The notes beneath the pieces were generated by a model, which saw only the letters and a program-made list of their open reading frames with translations, was not told the origin of the DNA and did not search any database. Shown here piece by piece: positions 29,113 to 37,028 of a DNA stretch of 64,000 nucleotides. The translations under genes were made by a program, and so were the position numbers. The stretch is from Bdellovibrionales bacterium RIFOXYD12_FULL_39_22 (GTDB lineage Bacteria > Bdellovibrionota > Bacteriovoracia > Bacteriovoracales > Bacteriovoracaceae), in NCBI GenBank assembly GCA_001770205.1, contig MEQL01000042.1:1-64000 (forward strand). The letters are read 5' to 3'. Position 1 is the stretch's first letter. Every line of letters begins with the position of its first letter.

Positions 29113-30464
29113 TATTCCTCCAATTCACTATTTAAACTAAGTGCTCTTACTATCTGTTTTTCATAATAACTTAACTCTTCGTTTGATAACTCCTGGCCGG
29201 CATAGCGAATCTCATTGATCATGGATTCTACCTTGGCCACTTCTACCCCTACAACTTCTACATAGAAGGCCAGTAGTTCTACGCAATAATCTCTCCTGGC
29301 GACTTGCACTCGCCCTGCTTGAATCCGCTCCCAACGCTCAACTACCGCGATCTTTGCCTCCTTTGCCTGAGAGGCAAAAATCGTCGAGGCCATTTTTTGC
29401 TTATATTTTTTATATAAAAACCAAATAACGCCACCAATGATGAACAAAAGCAATAAAATTATCCATCCAAATTTTGCAATAAAAGTTAGCTCTACTGAAA
29501 TATCTACGGCAGTGGACCGAGAAAAAAGTTCCTTACCTCCTTCGCGCGGAGAAAAACTAAGCTCCGCCGGGCCAATCTTATAAGCTCCGGCCTCTGGAAT
29601 AGTTAAGGGATAAATATAGCGAAGAACTGATCCCTTCACATCACTAGAAGAAGTAGAGAAAACATCTCCCACTTTAATTTTTGAATCCAAGGCCAGAGTT
29701 GGAGTTTTAAAAACGTATCGATAAGCATCACCATGCCAGGCAACCGCCACTTCTACATTGATAATCTCTCCCACTCTCTGTTGCCCCTTGGGAATTTTAA
29801 TTTCAATATAGGGCGGTATTAGATTATTAGGCAGCTCAATTTGATTAAACCCTCCCTGCGATGAGATTGGAGTGGCCACCACCTCCACCTTTTCAAATTT
29901 CAAAAGCTCTTTCACCCAACCAGCAATTTCTGGAGTCTGCCAATCGCGAGCACCGCGCATAATACCCACAATTTTCCAATCGGGAGAGATAACGTACATG
30001 CTGGGAACCGAATTGGCCTGATACTGTGCGGCCACTTGGCCATCTTGATCATGCCACATCGAAAAAGTCAGGTGGTTTTCTTTAATAAACTTTTTAACCG
30101 GCGTACTATCTCCATTATCGATAGAAACACCACGAATCACCAAGTTAGAATTGACAAAACTGCCTTTAAAATTCTCTAGCGCCGGCAATTCTTCTCGACA
30201 GGGAGCACACCAAGTGGCCCAAAAAACTAAAAAGATCCACTTCCCTTTAAGCGAAGATAATTTCTCTTCTTGGCCAGAAGAAAGTAGTGGTAGCGAAAAA
30301 TCAATGGGTTCATTGGCCACCGGCGAAAATCCCATTTTTTGCAGCCAATACTCCGGACTATCATCGGCATAGGCCGTTGAGACAAAAAATGTTGTCTGTA
30401 AAAACAAGACAAAAATCGCTAAAAGCATCGCAATATTTTTCTTCAGTCGTCCCACCTTTTTCAA
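29112..30464 (-). CDS. TlpA-family thioredoxin fused to BatD-like Ig domain and TM anchor
   Basis: Signal peptide; FWATWCAPCREELP, VP cis-Pro motif; then Ig-like segment, TM, cytoplasmic tail; stop overlaps moxR start (TAATG). Confidence 0.8.
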   Translation of the reverse strand: MKKVGRLKKNIAMLLAIFVLFLQTTFFVSTAYADDSPEYWLQKMGFSPVANEPIDFSLPLLSSGQEEKLSSLKGKWIFLVFWATWCAPCREELPALENFKGSFVNSNLVIRGVSIDNGDSTPVKKFIKENHLTFSMWHDQDGQVAAQYQANSVPSMYVISPDWKIVGIMRGARDWQTPEIAGWVKELLKFEKVEVVATPISSQGGFNQIELPNNLIPPYIEIKIPKGQQRVGEIINVEVAVAWHGDAYRYVFKTPTLALDSKIKVGDVFSTSSSDVKGSVLRYIYPLTIPEAGAYKIGPAELSFSPREGGKELFSRSTAVDISVELTFIAKFGWIILLLLFIIGGVIWFLYKKYKQKMASTIFASQAKEAKIAVVERWERIQAGRVQVARRDYCVELLAFYVEVVGVEVAKVESMINEIRYAGQELSNEELSYYEKQIVRALSLNSELEE

Positions 30465-30537
30465 ATTAGTTTAGAAATCGTTAATTGCTTTTACGGAAAT
30501 GCTAATCTTAATTTAATAGATTTAAAATAGCTTTACC

Positions 30538-30559
30538 AAAATTTGACAAAAATTTGACA
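30538..30559 (-). promoter_or_regulatory. 11-bp tandem direct repeat (OmpR/PhoB-type box candidate)
   Basis: AAAATTTGACA x2 (minus strand TGTCAAATTTT x2) about 75 nt upstream of the bat operon. Confidence 0.5.
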
Positions 30560-30598
30560 ATGGCACCATACATCAGGATTTTGTCATCTGGATAATGA

Positions 30599-31606
30599 TC
30601 AAATCCTGGCCACTCCAAGAAAAACAACGTGCAAAGAAATCACTAGCATAAAAAATATCTTCTCTACTTTTTTGTTTCCACTCCATAGATAAAAAGAGAT
30701 GGATTTTGAGTCACAAACTTCTAAACAGTCTGCACATAACGTACAAGTAATGGATGGATGCTTATTTTTAACCCTTTCCATATTTAACGCATCATAGCGG
30801 CATTTGGCAACGCAGTGGCCACATAAAGTGCAGCTATCATCGATGCGCATTCGGAAGGGATTAACTCGGCCAAAAAGATTGGTTAAAAAACCAATAGGAC
30901 AAAACCGCGTACAGTGAAACATAAAGCGCTTCCTATAGCTGAGATAAAATGCGAATAGTGAAATTGCAATGAAAAATAATGAAGCATAAATGGTAAAAAA
31001 ATAACTAATTTGCATCCAATTAAATAGCAAAGCAACAAATATCACGCCTAATAAAATATACCCACGGCCAAACGAGGAAAGTGAAGCAAAGAAAGAAAGT
31101 CGTGAGCGGCGAAACTGGATTTGGGCCAGATGCTGATCCCAGGAACCAATATAACAAAGGAAGCTACACCAAGCAGGCCCCACCAATACGATTGTAGAAA
31201 GTAACAAAAAAACCATAAAAAGTCCGCCCCCGCGAAAAACTGGGCCGACCACAATATAGGCCGGAATGGGCCAGTGTAACTTTCCCGTTTGCAAAAAACT
31301 TTCTATTCCAATTAGGCCAACCAAAAGCTGTAAAAAAAAGATAACCGAAAAAACCGTCCAAATACGCAAGCGCACTTTACTGCGAGAAGGTGAGGTTAGC
31401 ATTTTTTGAAAAATGTATGCGCCATAGAGCGCCAGAAAAAATGCCTCAACCTCTCCACCATACTTAGGAAAAAAGCGGGCAAGTAAAAGGAGTTTTATCT
31501 CTAAAAAATAATTTAGAAAAATCAACACCCCAAAAGTCAAAAAAAATTGTAACGAAACTAACCTACTTATCAAGAGAAACTCCTCTCCCTTCCGCCTCGT
31601 TGGCAT
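30599..31606 (-). CDS. Membrane polyferredoxin (NapH/MauN-like 4Fe-4S binding protein)
   Basis: TMs; WCSFLCYIG, HCTRFCPIG; CTLCGHCVAKC and CTLCADCLEVC; start uncertain. Confidence 0.82.
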   Translation of the reverse strand: MPTRRKGEEFLLISRLVSLQFFLTFGVLIFLNYFLEIKLLLLARFFPKYGGEVEAFFLALYGAYIFQKMLTSPSRSKVRLRIWTVFSVIFFLQLLVGLIGIESFLQTGKLHWPIPAYIVVGPVFRGGGLFMVFLLLSTIVLVGPAWCSFLCYIGSWDQHLAQIQFRRSRLSFFASLSSFGRGYILLGVIFVALLFNWMQISYFFTIYASLFFIAISLFAFYLSYRKRFMFHCTRFCPIGFLTNLFGRVNPFRMRIDDSCTLCGHCVAKCRYDALNMERVKNKHPSITCTLCADCLEVCDSKSISFYLWSGNKKVEKIFFMLVISLHVVFLGVARI

Positions 31607-32789
31607 GTTCGATTTTTATAACCTGAGCAAATCCTAGCGCTGCCACACTCAAAACAGCTCCAATCCAGAACGGATATTGATAATTCATCAACCACAGATA
31701 TCCTCCGATGGCCGGTAGTGCCACCGCAATAATGTGGTTAATCGTAAAACCAACGGCCATGGTAGAAGCGAAATCGGCCTTTTCCCCGATCTTTTGAAAA
31801 TAGGTACGAATGGCAATATCAAAATTAAAAAAAAGACTATCCACCACATACAAAATACCAATGGCCAATTTTGAATCAATCAGCGCATATCCCACAAAAA
31901 CTGCTATTAGTGCCACATATTCAATCGATAAAAGCTTTCTCTCTCCCCAACTGTTAATGGCCTTGCCAATGGCCGGCCCTAGAAAAAAGTTCACAACGTT
32001 ATTTATCATAAACAAAGTAGTAACTTCACTTACTGAAAACCTAAAATGCTCTACCATTAGAAAAATGGCAAAGACGGTAAAAATCTGACGCCTAGCTCCC
32101 GATAAACAAGTTAATATATAAAAAACCCAATACTTTTTTTTCAAAACAATTTTTTTTGCCTGAGGAACAATATTTTTATCAGTGGGATTTTCAAAAAGCG
32201 CCCAAATTCCAATCAGCGCAACCAATAGGCCAGAAACTAAAAAAGTCTGGGCATAATTTAAATAGTACATCAAAAGATAAACCATGCCGGTGGCCACTAA
32301 ACTAGAAAGTCCGGTGGCCCCTCGCAGGCGTCCCATTACCACCGAAGATAGCTTTTTATCAAAATATTGGATAGTGAGAGATTGATTAGTGGTCTCAAAA
32401 TAATGAAAACCGACCGACATTACGATAGTAGTAAAAATTAATCCAGCATAACTGGGCATATAACCAGTTAGTAAAATTCCCACCCCCAATAATAAAATAG
32501 AGAGTGCGGCCAACCGATACTCTTTGATTACAAGTATAACGTAAATTGCGGCGAAGGCCAAAAATCCAGGAATCTCTCGAGCGGAATTAATTATGCCCAT
32601 CTGAGCACCATCAACTTTAGAAATCTCTACCGCAAAATTATTAAAAATAGTGCGCCAAATTTGAAATCCTCCATTTGAGGCAATCGTAAGCACCAGCAAA
32701 AAACGAAACATGGGATTTTTCATCAATTCTTTTAGTGAATCATTTAAGGGTTGAGCAAAGTTCCGTTCTTTACTAATAGGACTCATCAT
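31563..32789 (-). CDS. MFS transporter
   Basis: About 12 TMs; FNNFAVE, REIPGFLA, GARRQIF motifs. Confidence 0.85.
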   Translation of the reverse strand: MMSPISKERNFAQPLNDSLKELMKNPMFRFLLVLTIASNGGFQIWRTIFNNFAVEISKVDGAQMGIINSAREIPGFLAFAAIYVILVIKEYRLAALSILLLGVGILLTGYMPSYAGLIFTTIVMSVGFHYFETTNQSLTIQYFDKKLSSVVMGRLRGATGLSSLVATGMVYLLMYYLNYAQTFLVSGLLVALIGIWALFENPTDKNIVPQAKKIVLKKKYWVFYILTCLSGARRQIFTVFAIFLMVEHFRFSVSEVTTLFMINNVVNFFLGPAIGKAINSWGERKLLSIEYVALIAVFVGYALIDSKLAIGILYVVDSLFFNFDIAIRTYFQKIGEKADFASTMAVGFTINHIIAVALPAIGGYLWLMNYQYPFWIGAVLSVAALGFAQVIKIEHANEAEGRGVSLDK

Positions 32790-33436
32790 ACAAAATACTC
32801 CACTGTTTTATGGTCGAGATAACGAACTCGAACTAAAGCATCAAGCGTATTACGCTCGAGAGATAACTTTATATCTTCTGCTAAATCTACTCTTGTTTCA
32901 ACTGTTTCAATCTTCTTTTTTATTTGAGACATAAAAGGATATTCACTGGGACTTTCCCCTAAAAGAAGTGCCTGTAAAAATTGTGCGCAGGAGCGATCCT
33001 CTATCGCCTCTTTGTGTTGAGCAAAGCTTGCGGCCATAACTATCTCCACCATCGAAAATTTTTGCTGCAAAATATAATTTTTAATTTGATCAATATTAAC
33101 AAAACCTGCCACCATCCCTTCACTGATGGTAGCTTTAGAAAAAACCGCATTAGTTAAATTGGTAGATTTATGCACTAATTTTTTCCCATCCAAATTGGTA
33201 TCTCTCATGGCGGAAGGGGAGTTATCAAATCCGCCATCAAAGACTTCTGAAACTAAAAGATATCCACGACGCATCCACATCTTTGCATCATCTAGCGTAT
33301 TAACCCCAACTACGTGCGCAGGACGCCACTTAAAAATATAATTTATGGTAGTACTGGCCCGAAAAATATCCATAAAAATTGAAACATCCGCTTCTTTAAT
33401 TTCTGTTTCGTAGGAATTACGCATATAAATTTTCAT
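32786..33436 (-). CDS. ComB-like 2-phosphosulfolactate phosphatase family protein
   Basis: DIFRASTTI, FDNSP, STNLT, ED..CA motifs. Confidence 0.75.
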   Translation of the reverse strand: MKIYMRNSYETEIKEADVSIFMDIFRASTTINYIFKWRPAHVVGVNTLDDAKMWMRRGYLLVSEVFDGGFDNSPSAMRDTNLDGKKLVHKSTNLTNAVFSKATISEGMVAGFVNIDQIKNYILQQKFSMVEIVMAASFAQHKEAIEDRSCAQFLQALLLGESPSEYPFMSQIKKKIETVETRVDLAEDIKLSLERNTLDALVRVRYLDHKTVEYFV

Positions 33437-33706
33437 CTAATTGGCCCCATTATATTTGTTAACATTCACCATAACGGCCTTTATAATATAAAAATATGAA
33501 TCCGCTTATCATAGACACTCTCAATAGTAATGTTAAACAAAATCTTGCCGACGAAGAGAATCTATCTCTACAGCTAAAGGCAGAGCGAACAAAAAGGCCT
33601 GGTACGGACAATTTATGATTAAAGTTTGATTTTTTAGCTCCCCCACGCAAAAATAAATTGCAAATGATGCTCAAATTTTCTATCGTCCTATTTTGCCCAA
33701 ACCAAA

Positions 33707-34266
33707 ATGGAATCTATGGAAAATAAAAAAGTATCAGACGAGTTAATAACTATTTTGCAATCTTATCCTGATCCGAAATGGGAATACAAAACGGAAGATT
33801 ATGCTAATTTCCCAATGAATCAGCATTATGCGAATGAATTACTTACATTTATAGATGTCGAGTATATCGCAAGCGAAAAATATTTTGCCAGCAATAAAAG
33901 AAGAAGTTATGATCGGCACTGATACGCATGGCATTATATCCTTAATGAATGCTCCTGTAAAAATTGTTAAAGCACACCCCTCCGCACATCAAGAGGTTAA
34001 AGCATTTTTTCGCCTCCTGCACATTGAACGAATCTACAAGATCAGTTGAAATACCTGAACATTTTGCCCTTAAAACTATTGGTGAAGTAAAAAAACTATG
34101 GGCTGAAAGCTATATGAATTTTGCTAGTGAGTGCAGAGCGGCATCATTAGTAGAAATGCCACTAACATTCAATAATGAATCGATAAAACGCGATGGTGAT
34201 AAAACAGGGCGCAATGATCCTTGCCCATGCGGATCTGGGAAAAAGTATAAAAAGTGCTGTCTGTAG
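33707..34266 (+). pseudogene. Fragmented SEC-C motif protein
   Basis: Three short overlapping ORFs in successive frames (33707-33922, 33855-34049, 33964-34266); last ends [18 protein letters not shown]. Confidence 0.55.
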
Positions 34267-34300
34267 TTATTCAAATCAAACAATCGATCAATACTATTTT

Positions 34301-36229
34301 TTAAAAACAATTAGATGTTGCATTACGCACTATTTTCACAACTTCATCCATCGATGTTTCCGGAGGACTATTTTTCTCTACGAGAAAGAAAAGCTCATCT
34401 AGTAAGCGCTGCTCCTCAACGCTGAGCTTGTCCATCTCCTTCAAAAGAAATTGTGCATCATCACTCTTTCTGGTTGTTTGATCCAACAATGTTTTAAGTG
34501 CTTTGCCCTTAGAATCAGGTGATAGTATCACTTCTGGTTGATAGTAATTTACCGGAAGTGCTTTGACAGATTGGCCCTCCGCTTTAATGGCCTCGGCAAG
34601 TTTAGCGGCACGAGCACTCTGGGCAGTGGCCTTGAGCCCTTTTAGCGCCACCATATCGAATCCGCCTGTCACCACATCTAGCGCATTGAAGGCCAAATTG
34701 AGATTTTTATTTTTCTTGGCCTCTTTAACTTTTTCCCATTCCGTCCATCCAGAAACAAAAAGGCCTTTACTGGTTGTATAGTCTTTGGCGGCATCCACCG
34801 TATCTTTCACTCCAACTGCGGCCAATCCAAAACCTCCAATAATAAATCCGGCCGGGCCAGTTAAAAGGCCTAGGCCAAACATACCAAATCCCCCTACTGC
34901 ATACAGACTCAAGTTTGAACTAACGGAGTGTTCATCTTTTAGATAGCAATAGGCCATCTGCTCTTCCATTAAACGTTCTTTAAATTTAGTATTTCCTTTA
35001 TTTTGTAAGGCAAAATTTGAAAAATGACTATTAACCAAATTGTCATTTAAATGCAAAAAACTACCCTCTTCTTTTGAACGATCTTCACAAATTCGTTGGG
35101 CCGCATTATCTATCTCTCCCATTAGTCTGTTCACTGCCGCACTGGCCAAACCATTCAATTTTTCAAAATTACCCAACTTGGCAGGCGTTGACATATCATC
35201 AAGTGAAAGCGGAAAATTTTCTTCTAGAATCTCTCCTCTTTTGCTAATGGCCTCGACACTACTTTTTAACTTGACGGCCAAATCACCTTCTCCTTCTAAG
35301 ATTTTTTGAATCTCTTCTACCGCTTCTCCTTTAGGGTCAAAGATCGATAGCATAGAGCTGGTAAGAGGCGAGGCCCCCAACTCTGCAAAAAATTTTGCTT
35401 CCTCTTGAAACAAAATAGGATATCCTTTGGCCACCTCATAATAGGGATCTAAATTCTTCTTCTCATATTCTTTTTTTAGTTTCTGAGCATTTTTATGACA
35501 CTTACTTTCAAAGGCATCTGGATCTGCGGCCTTGCGGGAAGAGGCCATACATTTATTGTTATCATCCGTATATATTTTTTTTGCCTTTTCTTTTATCTTC
35601 ATCATCGCCCCGGCCACAAAGGCCATGGGTATATGTGCCTCTAAAAGTTCCAATTGTTTTTGCTTGTCCTCTTTTACCTTTTTTAATCCAAAAATCTTTT
35701 CTTTTATTTTTTTAACCGCACTTTTGTCCGCAACTTCTTCTTCTCCGCAGTTAAGTGCTTTTCTCTCGCCCACATTGCTCGCGGCCGGATATGATTCGGC
35801 CCAGATGGCCTTATTATCCATTAGTGCCAAATATGTTTCATCAGAGATGCGTTTAGAAAAATCTAGGGCCAATCTTTTCACTGTATGCTTTTTCAAATCA
35901 AAGATGGAGTTAACCAGATCATCTTGCCTGATTGTTACCAATTGCCCTTCGGCATCACACTTCTTATCTACCACTTCATCACCAAAGGCCTTGGCATATT
36001 TTTTATCCTTATCAGTATAGACAGCACACATATCACGATTTTTTTTCCTTTCTATCTGCTGCGGAGTCATTCCACTCACAATATCTTCAGCGTCCACTTG
36101 TCCTTCCGCTCCCCACGCATCATACCCCTCCGCCTCGGCTTGCCCTTGGCCATAAGCAGGCGGAAAAATGCATATACACGACAAAACTGATATCATCACA
36201 AGTCGCTTACTTAATTTTAAAAAAATCAT
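34301..36229 (-). CDS. Large exported hypothetical protein with Gly-rich hydrophobic hairpin
   Basis: 642 aa; signal peptide; helical K/E-rich body; LYAVGGFGMFGLGLLTGPAGFIIGGFGLAAVG. Confidence 0.75.
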   Translation of the reverse strand: MIFLKLSKRLVMISVLSCICIFPPAYGQGQAEAEGYDAWGAEGQVDAEDIVSGMTPQQIERKKNRDMCAVYTDKDKKYAKAFGDEVVDKKCDAEGQLVTIRQDDLVNSIFDLKKHTVKRLALDFSKRISDETYLALMDNKAIWAESYPAASNVGERKALNCGEEEVADKSAVKKIKEKIFGLKKVKEDKQKQLELLEAHIPMAFVAGAMMKIKEKAKKIYTDDNNKCMASSRKAADPDAFESKCHKNAQKLKKEYEKKNLDPYYEVAKGYPILFQEEAKFFAELGASPLTSSMLSIFDPKGEAVEEIQKILEGEGDLAVKLKSSVEAISKRGEILEENFPLSLDDMSTPAKLGNFEKLNGLASAAVNRLMGEIDNAAQRICEDRSKEEGSFLHLNDNLVNSHFSNFALQNKGNTKFKERLMEEQMAYCYLKDEHSVSSNLSLYAVGGFGMFGLGLLTGPAGFIIGGFGLAAVGVKDTVDAAKDYTTSKGLFVSGWTEWEKVKEAKKNKNLNLAFNALDVVTGGFDMVALKGLKATAQSARAAKLAEAIKAEGQSVKALPVNYYQPEVILSPDSKGKALKTLLDQTTRKSDDAQFLLKEMDKLSVEEQRLLDELFFLVEKNSPPETSMDEVVKIVRNATSNCF

Positions 36230-36287
36230 GGATCACTCCGAATATTTTGTTAGTAATAAAAAAGTACCTCCACACAAACATGGTTGC

Positions 36288-36314
36288 TTATCGTCAAAGA
36301 AAAAATGATATTTA
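36288..36314 (-). promoter_or_regulatory. Putative sigma-28 (FliA) promoter
   Basis: Minus strand TAAA-N15-GACGATAA versus consensus TAAA-N15-GCCGATAA, about 60 nt upstream of ATG 36229. Confidence 0.6.
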
Positions 36315-36350
36315 GGCAAAACTTGAGTAAAACTTGGAGTAAAATTAACA

Positions 36351-36824
36351 TTACATGCGAATTTTTTTAGAAATTATACGATATTTCAATTCCCATAACG
36401 CTGTTTTATTGCTGTCCCACTTTACAACTTCAATGGCCTCCTTATAGGGAAGCCATTGCACCGACTCAAAATAGTCGGCCAATAAAAAATTAAAATCATA
36501 TGGGATATTAACGGCGTAACAAGTTTCAGGAATAACTACGATATCATCACCCCATTGATCCTCAATAATGTATTCTACCGGGATCATAGCTTTTGAATCT
36601 AATTGAAAAAAAATAAAATGAGAGGGAATCCCTAACGCCTCTTTGGCCGACCGTATTGCGGAATCCATTGGAAATTCATTGGCCTGTGCTTGTCCGGCCA
36701 AGGCCTGCCAGTGATTTTCCACTTTTTTCTTTACTACCGCAAATTCTAGGTCAAAAGGAGCACCATCTTTTTGTCTAAAACGATAGGGAAAAAGCAAAAT
36801 TTTAAAGGGGCCATTTTTTGTCAT
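36351..36824 (-). CDS. NUDIX-fold protein (degenerate Nudix box)
   Basis: WQALAG...E..SAIRSAKEALGI, VIPE, W..Y.EA...KWDSNKTALWEL; ORF track start 36863. Confidence 0.7.
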   Translation of the reverse strand: MTKNGPFKILLFPYRFRQKDGAPFDLEFAVVKKKVENHWQALAGQAQANEFPMDSAIRSAKEALGIPSHFIFFQLDSKAMIPVEYIIEDQWGDDIVVIPETCYAVNIPYDFNFLLADYFESVQWLPYKEAIEVVKWDSNKTALWELKYRIISKKIRM

Positions 36825-37028
36825 AAATTTATAAACCAAAAATAACCGATCCCGACGACGCATAAAAAAGCTTATGGAATCCTGTCGGCCAAATTATCGG
36901 CCCTTTGCGACAAAATGTATAGGTGAAAATTGTACCCTTGAGTATTACAATTTTTACTTTTTTAAAAAAAATAACCAACTTTTTTTCTCTGGTTATTTTT
37001 TGCTAATTATTTTAAAAAATTTGACGAA

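Noticed and set aside
33496..33618. 40-codon plus-strand ORF upstream of the SEC-C fragments
   Set aside because: No RBS or recognisable motif; cannot be supported
33600..34560. GGCC-free stretch as a marker of foreign DNA
   Set aside because: A similar ~0.9 kb gap occurs at about 61570-62500 in AT-rich native-looking genes, so it is not diagnostic
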